Source: an uncultured Gemmatimonadales bacterium (GTDB taxonomy: Bacteria; Gemmatimonadota; Gemmatimonadetes; Longimicrobiales; RSA9). From it: a DNA stretch of 64,000 bases. A program made the translations under genes and the position numbers. Every line of letters begins with the position of its first letter. Position 1 is the stretch's first letter. Below are positions 10,470-21,548 of the stretch, piece by piece. The notes under the pieces were generated by a model that searched no databases, was not told the origin of the DNA, and saw only the letters and a program-made list of their open reading frames with translations. Where the stretch lies: contig CAWAMW010000006.1 of the NCBI GenBank assembly GCA_963783305.1, positions 136,490 to 200,489 on the forward strand. The letters run 5' to 3'.

Positions 10470-13400
10470 TTGTCGGTGGAGAAGCCGGGCCAGGCCGAGC
10501 GGGGAAAGCACGTCGAAGCCGGGAGCCATCCACTCCCGTGTGAGGCGACGTACGGCCTCGAGCTCCTGGCAAATCTCGTCCACGAGTCGCCCGACGTGGT
10601 GGTGGTGCACGACAGCCTCCAGATCCTGTATCTCAACCGCAAGGGCCTGGAGAGTATCGGGGCCGAGAGCCTCGACGACGTGGTGGGGCGGTCGGTCTGG
10701 GACTTCGTTTCCCGGGAGTATCACGCCATTCTGCAGGAGCGGGTCGCCGTCATGCTGGCGAGCGGCCGCGGAGTGCCGCCCTTCGAGCTTCCGCTCGTCC
10801 GGGCCGATGGCACCGAGATCTGGGGCGAGATTTCGTCGGCGCCGGTCCGCTTCAAGGGGCATTCCGCCGTCCAGACCGTGGTCCGCGACGTCACTCGCCG
10901 GCGTGAGACGGAAGCGCAGCTCACCGCGAGCGAGGCCCGGTACCGCTCGTTGTTCCACGGGGTCCCGGTGGGGCTGTACCGTTCGACACTCGATGGACGG
11001 CTGCTGGACGCCAACGACGCCCTCGTGCACCTCCTCGGGTACGAGGACCGTGACCAGCTCATGAGGGCCGGAACGATCGGCCTCTACCTGGACCCGGCCG
11101 AGCGGGAGCGGTGGGTGGGGCGTGCGTTGGCCGCCCCTGAATCGAGCGAGAGCGAGGTACGCCTGCAGCGTCGTGACGGCTCCGAGGTGCTGGTCCGCCT
11201 TCACAGCCGGGTCAAGTACGGCCCCACAGGGGAAGTGGATGCGTTCGAAGGGTCTGTGGAGGATGTGACCCGCACTCGCCGGGCGGAAGCGCGCTACCGG
11301 CTGCTCTTCGAGACCATGGCGCAGGGCGTGATCTACCATGACGCCCGTGGGCGCCTCCTGTCGGCGAACCCGGCGGCGGAGCGGATCCTGGGGGTCTCCG
11401 CGCGGGCGTTGATCGAAGGGTCGGCGAGTCTCGACGATCTCACGTTCCAGAGCACCGACGGCAGTCCGTGCCCGGCATCGGAGCTGCCGCCTGCCGTGGC
11501 GCTGCGCGACGGCCGTTCGATGCGGGCGCTTCTCGGGTTCCGGAGGAAACCCGACGACGTGCTGCGCTGGATCGAGATCGAGTCGATCCCGCTCTTCCAC
11601 CCGGGTGCGGATCGTCCGTACCAGGTCTTCTGCACGCTGGCGGATGCGACGGAGCGGCGAGAGAAGGAGGAGGCGCTGCGTCTGAGTGAGCAGCGATTCG
11701 ACCGGGCGATGGAGGGATCAGGCCTCGGCCTCTGGGACTGGGACCTGACGACGGGTGAGATCTATGTGGACGATCGCTGGTATGCGATGCTGGGATACGG
11801 TCCGCAGGAGTTCCCACTCCACATTGAGAGATGGAGGGAGCTGGTGCACCCGGAGGACCGGGAGCGGGTGGAGCGGGAGCTGGATCGGCACCTGGAAGGA
11901 CACGTCGCCGCGTACGAGACCGAGCTGCGCCTGCGTACCGCCACCGGCGGCTGGCACTGGGTCCTGGACCGTGGCCAGGTCGTGGAGAGGGCGCAGGACG
12001 GAACGCCGCTCCGAGCGGCCGGAACCCATACCGATATCGCGGCCCGGAAAACGGCGGAGGATGCCCGTCGTCGCTCGGATGAGCGCCTCGAGAGCATCTT
12101 CCGCGCCGCCCCTCTCGGCATCACCCTGAGCCGGATCTCCGATGGCACAATCATAGAGGTGAACGACACATTCGCCAGAATGCTGGGATTCGCCCGGGAG
12201 GAGATGCTCGGCCGCACCTCCATCGACCTGGGGGTCTGGGCGGATGTGAGCGATCGTACGCGAATGGCGAAAGAGCTGGAGAGCGAGGGGCGCCTGCGCG
12301 GGTTTGCCGCTCAGTTCAGGACCCGGGACGGGCGGACCCGGCAGCTTCAGCTGTTCATGGAAGAGATCACGGTCGAGGACGAGCCGTGCGCGCTCGTGCT
12401 GCATCAGGACGTGACGGATTCGCGGCAGCTGGAGGAGCAGCTGCGTCAGTCGCAGAAGATGGAGGCGGTGGGGCGGCTTGCCGGCGGGATCGCGCACGAC
12501 TTCAACAACCTGCTCACCGTCATGACCGGGCACGTGCAATTCCTGCTGGACGCGCTGCCGGAGTCGGACGAGCGCAGAGCCGACGCGGCGGCGATCGGCG
12601 AAAGTGCCGAGCGGGCGGAGCGCCTCACGCGGCAGCTGCTGGCCTTCAGCCGACAGCAGGTGATGGCTCCGCAGGTGGTGGACCTCCGGCATATGGTCAG
12701 CCGGTTCGAGCCCCTCTTGAAGCGCCTGATCGGCGAGGACGTCCTCCTGGACGTGCGGAGCATGGAGGAGCCCTGCCCGGTGCGGGTGGACCTGAGCCAG
12801 CTCGAGCAGGTCGTTCTGAACCTGGCGGTGAATGCCCGCGACGCCATGCCGAATGGAGGAGAGCTGCGCATCGAGACGTCGCGTGTCGAAGTCATCGGCG
12901 GACGGGCGCCGGGCATCGGGGAGGCGGTGCCCGATGGGCGCTACGCGTGCCTGCGGGTGAAAGACACGGGGATCGGGATGAGCGCCCCGACGAGGGAGCG
13001 GGTCTTCGAGCCGTTCTACACCACGAAGCCGGCGGGGAAGGGGACGGGGCTCGGGCTCAGCACGGTGCACGGCATCGTGAACCAGAGCGATGGTTTCATC
13101 GGCGTGGAGAGCCAGCCGGGGGACGGAGCCTGCTTCACGCTCTACCTACCGCTGGTGGAGCCGGAGCCCTCCAGAAACGTGCAGGCGGACACCCAGACCG
13201 CGGCGCGTGGAGCGGTCGGGGGAACGGAGACGATCCTGCTGGTGGAGGATGAGGACGCCGTTCGTGCGCTCGCGCACCGCGTCCTCGAGCGGGGCGGCTA
13301 CACCGTTTACGAGGCACCCAATGGGGCGGCCGCGCTGAAGCTGGCGGAGGAGCTCGGCTCGGTGGACCTGCTCCTGACCGACGTGGTCATGCCGGGGATG

Positions 13401-13583
13401 GGCGGCCGCGAGCTGGCCGATCGGCTGCGCGAGCGATGCCCGGATGTCGAAGTCGTCTTCATGAGCGGGTACACCTCGGATGAGGTGATCCGACACGCGG
13501 AGCATCGCGGCGGTGGCTTCCTCCAGAAGCCGTTCACTCCCGGCCAGCTCGCCGCCATGGCGCGAGAAGTGCTCGATCGCTGA
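10470..13583 (+). CDS. multi-PAS hybrid histidine kinase/response regulator
   Basis: Several PAS/PAC repeats, GIAHDFNN H-box, NARDAM, GTGLGL, C-terminal receiver (LLTDVVMP); start uncertain. Confidence 0.93.
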   Translation: MSVEKPGQAERGKHVEAGSHPLPCEATYGLELLANLVHESPDVVVVHDSLQILYLNRKGLESIGAESLDDVVGRSVWDFVSREYHAILQERVAVMLASGRGVPPFELPLVRADGTEIWGEISSAPVRFKGHSAVQTVVRDVTRRRETEAQLTASEARYRSLFHGVPVGLYRSTLDGRLLDANDALVHLLGYEDRDQLMRAGTIGLYLDPAERERWVGRALAAPESSESEVRLQRRDGSEVLVRLHSRVKYGPTGEVDAFEGSVEDVTRTRRAEARYRLLFETMAQGVIYHDARGRLLSANPAAERILGVSARALIEGSASLDDLTFQSTDGSPCPASELPPAVALRDGRSMRALLGFRRKPDDVLRWIEIESIPLFHPGADRPYQVFCTLADATERREKEEALRLSEQRFDRAMEGSGLGLWDWDLTTGEIYVDDRWYAMLGYGPQEFPLHIERWRELVHPEDRERVERELDRHLEGHVAAYETELRLRTATGGWHWVLDRGQVVERAQDGTPLRAAGTHTDIAARKTAEDARRRSDERLESIFRAAPLGITLSRISDGTIIEVNDTFARMLGFAREEMLGRTSIDLGVWADVSDRTRMAKELESEGRLRGFAAQFRTRDGRTRQLQLFMEEITVEDEPCALVLHQDVTDSRQLEEQLRQSQKMEAVGRLAGGIAHDFNNLLTVMTGHVQFLLDALPESDERRADAAAIGESAERAERLTRQLLAFSRQQVMAPQVVDLRHMVSRFEPLLKRLIGEDVLLDVRSMEEPCPVRVDLSQLEQVVLNLAVNARDAMPNGGELRIETSRVEVIGGRAPGIGEAVPDGRYACLRVKDTGIGMSAPTRERVFEPFYTTKPAGKGTGLGLSTVHGIVNQSDGFIGVESQPGDGACFTLYLPLVEPEPSRNVQADTQTAARGAVGGTETILLVEDEDAVRALAHRVLERGGYTVYEAPNGAAALKLAEELGSVDLLLTDVVMPGMGGRELADRLRERCPDVEVVFMSGYTSDEVIRHAEHRGGGFLQKPFTPGQLAAMAREVLDR

Positions 13584-13721
13584 GCCGTCCCGGCCCCTCT
13601 CCGGAGGACATTGCAGCCGATGCGGCGGGGGTGCGGCGGTTGCGGCGGCATCGTGCTTGCCGGGATCTTTGTGTCGCCGGAGCGAGACGCGATCCAACCA
13701 AGATCAGGAGCGACGCACGTC

Positions 13722-14087
13722 ATGACACGCGAGAACACGACAATCGGAGAATCGGAGCGCTGGCTCTCGGTCCTTCTCGGCGGGATGCTGGGACTGTCGA
13801 GCCTCCGGCGCCGCGACCTCGGTGCGGGGGCGCTCTTCGCCCTGACCGGCGGCGCCCTGATCGTCCGGGGGATCACCGGCCGGGGGAGCGTCTTCTCCAC
13901 CGTGCAGGACACTCTCCGGAGCGGTCTGGGCACCGACTCTTCTCCTTCCGCGGCCACGGACGAGGTCGAAGAGGCCTCCATGGAGTCGTTCCCCGCCAGC
14001 GACCCGCCCTCCTGGACGCCCACGGAGGGCGCGGAGGTGGAGGAGAGTATGGGCCGGGAGCCAGGTGAAGATCGGAGCGGGGACTGA
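13722..14087 (+). CDS. small membrane protein (DUF2892/YgaP-like N-terminus with a VEEASMESFPASDPPSW motif)
   Basis: AGGAG RBS; ERWLSVLLGG...RGITG pattern. Confidence 0.65.
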   Translation: MTRENTTIGESERWLSVLLGGMLGLSSLRRRDLGAGALFALTGGALIVRGITGRGSVFSTVQDTLRSGLGTDSSPSAATDEVEEASMESFPASDPPSWTPTEGAEVEESMGREPGEDRSGD

Positions 14088-14095
14088 ACGCCGGA

Positions 14096-15046
14096 ATGAC
14101 GACCGGGGTGGGACCCGCGCTGGGGGAGCTGGAGCGTCGGCTCGGCGCCGAGCGGCTCGAGCACCATGTGCCCCTCGCCCCCATGACCACGTTCAACATT
14201 GGTGGGCCGGCCGACCTCCTGTACCGCGCGCGAACCCCGGACGAGCTGGCGGAGGCGGTGCAGGCGGCGCGTGACACGGGGATCGAGCACTTCCTCCTGG
14301 GCTCGGGCGCGAACATCCTCATCGGGGATGGTGGATTCCGCGGGCTGGTGATCCGGAGCGAGGTGGGCGGGATCGACTTCGGCGCGGACGGGCGCGTGAC
14401 GGCGGGGAGCGGTGTCATGGTCTACCACGACCTGATCGAGGCGTGCGCGGAGCGGGAGCTGGGGGGACTCCACCATTTCGTGGGGATCCCGAGCACCGTG
14501 GGCGGCGCCATCTGGCAGAACCTCCATTTCCTGAGTCCGCCCCCGGAGCGCGAGCGCACGGTGTTCGTGGAGGAGGTAGTGGAGAGCTGCGATATTCTGA
14601 CGGAGGAGGGTGAGCGGCGGACGGTCGGCGTCGACTACCTGGACTTCGGCTACGATTACAGTATCCTGCACGAGCGCGACGACATCGTCCTGAGCGTTAC
14701 ATTCCGGCTCACGCCCACCCCCCGCGAGGAGATCCGGCGCGTCGTTGCCGAGAACCTCCGCTGGCGCGATGATCGGCACCCCGACCTCTGGCTCTACCCA
14801 TCCGCGGGGTCGATCTTCAAGAAGATCGAGGGAGTGGGGGCGGGACGTCTCATCGACGAGTGCGGGTTGAAGGGCCACATCCACGGAGACGCCCAGATCT
14901 TCCACCGCCACGCGAACATCATCGTCAATCTCGGTGGCGCCAAGGCCCGGCAGGTGCGCGAGCTCATTGACCTGGCGCAGTCCACCGTGGCTCGCGAGCT
15001 CGGCCACGAGCTGGAGCCGGAGATTGGGTTCATAGGCGAATTCTGA
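14096..15046 (+). CDS. murB: UDP-N-acetylmuramate dehydrogenase
   Basis: TTFNIGGPAD, GIPSTVGGA, PSAGSIFK, HANIIVN, LEPEI. Confidence 0.9.
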   Translation: MTTGVGPALGELERRLGAERLEHHVPLAPMTTFNIGGPADLLYRARTPDELAEAVQAARDTGIEHFLLGSGANILIGDGGFRGLVIRSEVGGIDFGADGRVTAGSGVMVYHDLIEACAERELGGLHHFVGIPSTVGGAIWQNLHFLSPPPERERTVFVEEVVESCDILTEEGERRTVGVDYLDFGYDYSILHERDDIVLSVTFRLTPTPREEIRRVVAENLRWRDDRHPDLWLYPSAGSIFKKIEGVGAGRLIDECGLKGHIHGDAQIFHRHANIIVNLGGAKARQVRELIDLAQSTVARELGHELEPEIGFIGEF

Positions 15047-15047
15047 C

Positions 15048-16391
15048 TTGAGAATACTCATCATCGGCGCCGGCGCCGTGGGGTTCCACCTGGCCCGTCG
15101 GCTATCGGAGGAGCATCAGGACGTCGTCGTCATCGAGGCCGACGCCGAGCGGGCTCAGATGGTCGAGGAGCACCTCGATGTCCTGACGATCGTCGGGAAC
15201 GGCGCATCCCTGCCGGTTCTGGAGCGGGCGGGGATCCAGGACACGGACCTCATGCTGGCGGTGACGAGCAAGGATGAGGTAAACCTGGTCAGCTGCCTGG
15301 CCGCGTCGCGCCTCGGCGTCAAGTTCAAGGTGGCCAGGGTGAGCGATCCCGAATACTACCGGAGCGGGAGCGTGCTGTCCCAGGAGCAGCTCGGGATCGA
15401 TCTCATGATCAACCCGGAGCGCGAATGCGCCTGGGAGACCTTCCAGCTGCTCAACAGCGAGGCCGCCACCGACCTGGCGCAGTTCGCGGACGGTCGCCTC
15501 GAGCTCGTAGGCCTCCGCGTCCGGAGCGGTGCGCCGGTGGCGGGGCGCACGATCCGGGAGCTGGACCAGGAGATGGGCGATCGTCCGTTCGTCACGGTGG
15601 CCGTGGTGCGGGACCGGGTGACCGAGGTGGCGCGGGGGGACACGCGGATCGAGGTGGACGATCAGATCTTCATCATGGCGCCCTCGGCCGAGATGCCGTT
15701 CATCCCGGCCATGGCCGGATACAAGCACTTCAAGCTGCGGCGCGTCATGATTGCCGGTGGGAGCGATGAGGCGCTGTTCCTGGCGCAGCGGCTGGCCGAG
15801 CACGACGTCGACTGCACCATCCTCGACATCGACAAGGAACGGTGTCTGGAACTGGCGGAGCAGCTCCCGAAAGCGCTCATCCTGCATGCGGATGCCACGG
15901 ACATGGAGCTCCTGGAGATGGAGGGCATCGAGGGCGTGGACGGCTTCGTCGCGTTTACCCCACGCGACGAGACGAACATGCTGGCGAGCCTGCTCGCCAA
16001 GACCCAGGGCGCACGCAAGGTCATCAGCCTGATCCACCGCTTCGACTATGTCCCGCTGGTCAGCCGGGTGGGGATCGACGCGGCCGTCTCTCCGCGCCTG
16101 TCCACGGTCAATGCCATCCTCCGGTACGTGCGGCGTGGGAACGTGGCCACCGTGGCGACGCTCACCGGGATCGACGCCGAGGCCATCGAGTACGATGTGA
16201 CCAGCACGGCCCGTGTGGCGGGCCGCGCGCTCAAGGACATCCACTTTCCGCACACCTCCGTGGTGGGGGCGATCTTGCGGGGCGAGAACGTCATCGTGCC
16301 CCGGGGCGGCGATACGATCATGGCCGGGGACCGGGTCGTGATGTTCGCGCTGCCCGAAGCCATCGCGGAGATCGAGCGGCTCTTCGCGTGA
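15048..16391 (+). CDS. trkA: Trk potassium uptake NAD-binding subunit
   Basis: Two RCK_N/RCK_C pairs, IIGAGAVG. Confidence 0.93.
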   Translation: MRILIIGAGAVGFHLARRLSEEHQDVVVIEADAERAQMVEEHLDVLTIVGNGASLPVLERAGIQDTDLMLAVTSKDEVNLVSCLAASRLGVKFKVARVSDPEYYRSGSVLSQEQLGIDLMINPERECAWETFQLLNSEAATDLAQFADGRLELVGLRVRSGAPVAGRTIRELDQEMGDRPFVTVAVVRDRVTEVARGDTRIEVDDQIFIMAPSAEMPFIPAMAGYKHFKLRRVMIAGGSDEALFLAQRLAEHDVDCTILDIDKERCLELAEQLPKALILHADATDMELLEMEGIEGVDGFVAFTPRDETNMLASLLAKTQGARKVISLIHRFDYVPLVSRVGIDAAVSPRLSTVNAILRYVRRGNVATVATLTGIDAEAIEYDVTSTARVAGRALKDIHFPHTSVVGAILRGENVIVPRGGDTIMAGDRVVMFALPEAIAEIERLFA

Positions 16392-16398
16392 GTCTGCC

Positions 16399-17862
16399 TT
16401 GAACCTGCAGCACCTGGTCAAGGTGGTGAGCCTGGTGCTCATGGCCCTCGCTACGGCCATGGCCATCACCGCGGCTATCGCCCTGATGTACGGCGAGGGC
16501 GATTTCATCGCCTTCCTCGTGGCCGCCGCCGCCACCATGGCCGTAGGATTCGTCGGGTTTCGGAGCACCAAGATCGGGCGCGACCTCAGCGTGCGGGAGG
16601 GCTACGCCGTGGTGGCCTTCGCATGGCTCGCCATCGGTATCGCGGGAGCCGTCCCGTTTCTGCTGACCGGCACCATCGAGTCGCCGATGGCCGCGCTGTT
16701 CGAGTCGGTCTCAGGCTTCACCACCACCGGCGCCACCGTCTTTTCGGAGATCGAATCGCTCCCCCACGGGATCCTGTTCTGGCGCTCCTTCACCCAATGG
16801 ATCGGAGGCATGGGCATCATTGTCCTCGGCATCGCGATCCTGCCGTTCCTGGGCGTGGGCGGGATGCAGCTCTTTCGGGCGGAGGTGCCCGGCCCTACCC
16901 CCGAGCGACTCCAGCCGCGGATCGCGCAGACGGCCAAAATCCTGTGGTTCGTCTACGCAGGGATCACCCTCGCCCAGGTCCTTCTCTATCTGCTGGGAGG
17001 GCTATCGCTCTTTGACGCCGTTACGCACTCTTTCTCGACCCTCTCTACCGGCGGCTTCTCCCCGAGGAACGCCTCGATCGCCGCCTACGGCTCCGCCTAC
17101 ATAGACTATGTGACCACGCTCTTCATGTTTCTGGCGGCCGTGAACTTCGCGCTCCACTACCGCGCCTTCACCTCCCGCGGAACCGTGTATCTCAAGGATG
17201 CCGAGCTCCGATTTTTCGCCGGGTTCCTCCTCCTCGTAACCGCGATCGTCACCGTCCTCGTCCTGTTCTCCGGGACGGCCGGTGGGGCGGGGCTGGAGCG
17301 CGTCTTCCGGGATTCCCTCTTCCAGGTCGTGTCCATCGGCACCACGACCGGGTTCGTCACCGCCGATTACGAGCTCTGGCCCCTCGCCGCACAGATCCTT
17401 CTCGTCGGGCTCATGTTCGTCGGGGGGATGAGCGGCTCCACGGCCGGCGGCGTCAAGGCCGTGCGGCTCCACGTCCTCCTCCGCTCCAGCATCGCCGAGC
17501 TGAAGCGGAGCCTCCACCCACGGGCGGTGGTGGTCACGCGCGTCGGTGACCGGGTCATCAAGGAGGATGCGCGGCTGAACGTCCTGGCCTTCCTCCTCCT
17601 TTTCGTCGTGCTCTACGCCTTCGGGGTTCTCGCCCTCGCGCTCCTGGATCATGACCTCGCCACGGCCGTCGGGGCCGCCGCCGCGGCCATCGGCAACATC
17701 GGTCCCGGAATCGGCGATGTGGGGGCACTGGACCACTACGGCTGGATGGGACCCTCATCCCACTTCGTGCTCATCTTCCTCATGCTGGTGGGACGCCTGG
17801 AAATCTTCACGATCCTCCTCCTCTTCCATCCCGACCTCTGGCGCGGGGCCCGCTGGCACTGA
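16399..17862 (+). CDS. trkH: Trk potassium uptake membrane subunit
   Basis: FESVSGFTTTGAT, QWIGGMGII, STGGFS, GNIGPG, GRLEI. Confidence 0.95.
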   Translation: MNLQHLVKVVSLVLMALATAMAITAAIALMYGEGDFIAFLVAAAATMAVGFVGFRSTKIGRDLSVREGYAVVAFAWLAIGIAGAVPFLLTGTIESPMAALFESVSGFTTTGATVFSEIESLPHGILFWRSFTQWIGGMGIIVLGIAILPFLGVGGMQLFRAEVPGPTPERLQPRIAQTAKILWFVYAGITLAQVLLYLLGGLSLFDAVTHSFSTLSTGGFSPRNASIAAYGSAYIDYVTTLFMFLAAVNFALHYRAFTSRGTVYLKDAELRFFAGFLLLVTAIVTVLVLFSGTAGGAGLERVFRDSLFQVVSIGTTTGFVTADYELWPLAAQILLVGLMFVGGMSGSTAGGVKAVRLHVLLRSSIAELKRSLHPRAVVVTRVGDRVIKEDARLNVLAFLLLFVVLYAFGVLALALLDHDLATAVGAAAAAIGNIGPGIGDVGALDHYGWMGPSSHFVLIFLMLVGRLEIFTILLLFHPDLWRGARWH

Positions 17863-17990
17863 GCGCTCGTTTTCCCCGGTGGCGAAACGCCCGACATTCG
17901 TGGACCGGTCCTTGCACCTAAACAGTTGTGATGGAGGGATTTAAACCCTCCGGGCAACACCGGATTCCGTACAGGGTGGAGGGCAGTTCA

Positions 17991-18980
17991 ATGGATAGAC
18001 GAAAGAAGGAGACAATCGCGGTCGGGCTTGCCGCATCGACCCTCGCGCTTCTCGGCGCGGGGATCGCCAGCGACAGCGAGGGCGCCGCGAAGGACATGGG
18101 CATCGACGTCGATCGCACGCGCGACACGAAAGAGCCCGTGGACCTCTACGCCGATCTTCTGCCGACGGAGTGGGACCTGCCATCGGAGCGGAACGAGCGA
18201 GTGGACTTCTTCATCGACTTCCTGAAGGGTGACCGCTACGACGATTTCAAGGACTGGCTCGAGCGGGTGGGGAAGTACGGTCCGATGATCCGGGCGGAGC
18301 TGGCAGCGCGTGACATGCCGCAGGACCTGCTGTACCTGGCGATCATCGAGAGCGGTCTCGACCCGAATGCCTACTCCGCGGCGGACGCGGCGGGGATCTG
18401 GCAGTTCATCGAGCCCACGGGCGAGCGGTACGGGCTGGAGGTCTCGGAGTATGTGGACGAGCGGCGGGACCCGGTGAAGGCGACGGGCGCGGCGCTGACC
18501 TACCTGCAGGAGCTCCACGACCGGTTCGACAGCTGGTTCCTCGCCGCGGCGAGCTACAACACGGGTGAGAACCGCGTGGGTCGGATCATGACCGAGGTGA
18601 CGGGCAGTGAGCGCGGAGCCGACGAGAGCTACTGGGACATCAGCGACCGGCTCCCGCGGGAGACGCGGGACTACGTGCCGCTGATGGTGGCGGCGGGTCA
18701 CATCGCCAAGGACCCGGGGGCCCACGGGTTCCCGGAGCTCAACTTCCAGGAGCCGCTGGCGTTTGCGCTGGTGGACGTCCCGGCCGGTACGTCGCTGGCC
18801 GACGTGGCGCAGGCGGCCGGTGTGTCGGTGGCGGACGTCGTGGAGCTGAACCCGCACCTGGTGCGGAAGCAGACGCCGCCGGACCGCGACTGGCAGGTCC
18901 GGGTTCCGGAGGGCTCGGAGCGCACGTTCGCGGCGAACTTCGACGCCGGCGCGGGGTCCACCCAGCAACTCGCAGAGTAG
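17991..18980 (+). CDS. lytic murein transglycosylase (MltD-like, SLT + LysM-like)
   Basis: IESG, AAGIWQF, VDERRDP, SYNTGE, ETRDYVP. Confidence 0.88.
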   Translation: MDRRKKETIAVGLAASTLALLGAGIASDSEGAAKDMGIDVDRTRDTKEPVDLYADLLPTEWDLPSERNERVDFFIDFLKGDRYDDFKDWLERVGKYGPMIRAELAARDMPQDLLYLAIIESGLDPNAYSAADAAGIWQFIEPTGERYGLEVSEYVDERRDPVKATGAALTYLQELHDRFDSWFLAAASYNTGENRVGRIMTEVTGSERGADESYWDISDRLPRETRDYVPLMVAAGHIAKDPGAHGFPELNFQEPLAFALVDVPAGTSLADVAQAAGVSVADVVELNPHLVRKQTPPDRDWQVRVPEGSERTFAANFDAGAGSTQQLAE

Positions 18981-19175
18981 CCCGCGTCAGGGTTGCATCG
19001 GGCCGCGCAGCGCCACTACTTTGCGGCGCCGTCGCGGCTCGACCCCATCCTCGGATCGGGGCTGGCATCCACCCGCTGAGCGGGGGAGGTCGGCCCCGCC
19101 TCCGTATTCGGGGGCAGGTGGGGGGGCGGGTATCGAATCGTGCAGGGATGGGGAACCTCGGGGAGGAAGCGGTAC

Positions 19176-20297
19176 ATGGCTGGATCTGGACTGGAAGGGA
19201 TCGTCGTCGCTCAGACGAAGCTGAGCAAGATCGACGGCGAGGCGGGCACGCTCGTGTATGGTGGCTACACCATCGAGGACCTGGCGGAGCACGCCACCTT
19301 CGAGGAGGTTTGTCACCTGCTGTGGTTGGGAGAGCTGCCCACCCAGTCGGAGCTGGACGATCTGCGCCGGGAGATCGCCCGCGAGTACGAGCTCCCGGAT
19401 TCCGTGCTGGAGCTCGTCCGATCCGCCCCGAAGGATGCCCACCCGATGGCCGTGCTCCGCACGGCCGTTTCCGCGTTGGGGCTGGCAGACCCGGAGGCGG
19501 AGGACATGTCGCGGGAGTCGAACCTGCGAAAGTCGATCCGGCTCGTGGCCCGGCTGCCCGTGATCACGGCGGCCACGGCGCGGGTGCGGGAAGGCAAGGA
19601 CCCGGTGGCGCCGCGCAGCGATCTGGGGATCGGCGCCAACCTCCTGTACATGCTGAACGGTGAGGAGCCGACGGAGCACGAGGCGCGGACCATGGACGTG
19701 GCGCTCACCCTTCACGCCGAGCACGGTCTGAACGCCTCCACCTTTTCGGCCCGCGTGACGGTTGCCACGCTCGCGGACCTCTACTCGGCGGTGACCTCGG
19801 CCATTGGCACGCTCAAGGGGCCGCTCCACGGCGGTGCGAACGAGCGCGTGATGCAGATGCTCGAGGAGATCGGTGATACCGATAACGCCGACGCGTGGGT
19901 CCGCGGTGCGCTGGAGAGAAAGGGCAAGATCATGGGCTTTGGGCACCGTGTCTATCGTGCCATAGATCCGCGGGCTCCGATCCTCCGGCAACTGGGAGAA
20001 GAGCTCGGCAGCTCCAAGTGGTTCGACATCTCCGACCGCGTCCGCGAGGTCATGCGAGACGAGATGGACAAGCGCGACAAGCAGATTTACGCAAACGTCG
20101 ACTTCTACAGCGCGTCCGTATACGACAAGCTGGGGGTGCCGACATCCCTTTTCACCAACATTTTCGCCTGCGCCCGGCTCTCCGGCTGGACGGCCCACAT
20201 CCTGGAACAGCTCGACGACAACCGGCTGATCCGCCCCAAGGCGGAGTACACCGGCCCCGAGAGCCGTTCGATCCAACCCATCCAAGAACGCGGATAA
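19176..20297 (+). CDS. gltA: citrate synthase (short, dimeric type)
   Basis: GLEGI, HAEHGLNAST, GPLHGGAN, GFGHRVY, NVDFY. Confidence 0.92.
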   Translation: MAGSGLEGIVVAQTKLSKIDGEAGTLVYGGYTIEDLAEHATFEEVCHLLWLGELPTQSELDDLRREIAREYELPDSVLELVRSAPKDAHPMAVLRTAVSALGLADPEAEDMSRESNLRKSIRLVARLPVITAATARVREGKDPVAPRSDLGIGANLLYMLNGEEPTEHEARTMDVALTLHAEHGLNASTFSARVTVATLADLYSAVTSAIGTLKGPLHGGANERVMQMLEEIGDTDNADAWVRGALERKGKIMGFGHRVYRAIDPRAPILRQLGEELGSSKWFDISDRVREVMRDEMDKRDKQIYANVDFYSASVYDKLGVPTSLFTNIFACARLSGWTAHILEQLDDNRLIRPKAEYTGPESRSIQPIQERG

Positions 20298-20300
20298 GCC

Positions 20301-21542
20301 ATGTCGGAATACAAGCACGCGACGGTTCCAGAGGACGGTACCCGGATCCAGATGGACGAGAACGGGGAGCTGCGGATCCCCAACGATCCCATCATCCCCT
20401 TCATCGAGGGCGATGGCATCGGCCCCGACATCTGGGCGGCCACGAAGAAGGTGGTGGAGGCGGCCATCGAGAAGGCCTACGGCGGGTCGAAGAGGATCGT
20501 CTGGATGGAGATCCTGGCGGGTGAGAAGGCGTACGACGCGTCCGGCGAATGGCTGCCCGAGGAGACGTTCGAGGCGCTGCGGGAGTTCAAGGTGGGGATC
20601 AAGGGGCCTCTGACCACCCCGGTGGGCGGCGGTATCCGGTCGCTGAACGTGACGCTCCGGCAGGTGCTGGACCTGTACGCGTGCATCCGTCCCGTCCGCT
20701 GGATCCCGGGTGTGCCCTCGCCGGTGAAGCACCCGGAGAAGCTGGACGTGGTGATCTTCCGCGAGAATACGGAGGACGTCTACGCGGGCATCGAGTGGGC
20801 GGCCGGCTCGGAGGAGGCGGAGCGGGTGCGCGACTTCCTGGTCAACGAGATGGGCGCGAACATCCGCGAAAAGAGCGGCCTCGGCGTGAAGCCGATCAGC
20901 GCGTTCGGGACCAAGCGGCTGGTGGCGATGGCTATCCGGTACGCGAAGGCGCGCGGCCGGAGCTCGGTGACGATCGTCCACAAGGGCAACATCATGAAGT
21001 TCACCGAGGGCGCGTTCCGGGAGTGGGGCTACGAGATCGCCGAGGAGAAGTTCGGGGATGTGACGGTCACGGAGCAGGCGACGTGGGACGGGGCCGATGC
21101 CACGGGCAAGATCCTGATCAAGGACCGGATCGCCGACGCCATGTTCCAGCAGATCCTGCTGCGCCCGGACGAGTATGACGTGGTCGCCATGCCGAACCTG
21201 AACGGCGACTACATGTCGGATGCCGCGGCCGCGCAGGTGGGCGGGCTCGGGATGGCGCCGGGCGCCAACCTGGGGGACGAGGTTGCGCTGTTCGAGGCGA
21301 CCCACGGCACCGCACCCAAGTACGCGGGTCAGGACAAGGTGAATCCGGGCTCGCTCATCCTGTCGGCCCACATGATGCTGGAGCACCTCGGCTGGAACGA
21401 GGCCGCCGACCTAGTGGTGCGCGGTCTGGAGGGCGCGGTGGCGGACAAGACGGTGACGTACGACCTCGAGCGTCAGATGGAGGGCGCCACGCTGGTCAGC
21501 ACGTCCGGGTTCGCCGACGCCATCATCAAGAACATGGACTGA
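20301..21542 (+). CDS. icd: isocitrate dehydrogenase (NADP+)
   Basis: [41 protein letters not shown]. Confidence 0.97.
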   Translation: MSEYKHATVPEDGTRIQMDENGELRIPNDPIIPFIEGDGIGPDIWAATKKVVEAAIEKAYGGSKRIVWMEILAGEKAYDASGEWLPEETFEALREFKVGIKGPLTTPVGGGIRSLNVTLRQVLDLYACIRPVRWIPGVPSPVKHPEKLDVVIFRENTEDVYAGIEWAAGSEEAERVRDFLVNEMGANIREKSGLGVKPISAFGTKRLVAMAIRYAKARGRSSVTIVHKGNIMKFTEGAFREWGYEIAEEKFGDVTVTEQATWDGADATGKILIKDRIADAMFQQILLRPDEYDVVAMPNLNGDYMSDAAAAQVGGLGMAPGANLGDEVALFEATHGTAPKYAGQDKVNPGSLILSAHMMLEHLGWNEAADLVVRGLEGAVADKTVTYDLERQMEGATLVSTSGFADAIIKNMD

Positions 21543-21548
21543 CGAGCA

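Noticed and set aside
9430..13583. Integrated element at tRNA-Leu
   Set aside because: No integrase and no duplicated tRNA 3' end seen in the window.
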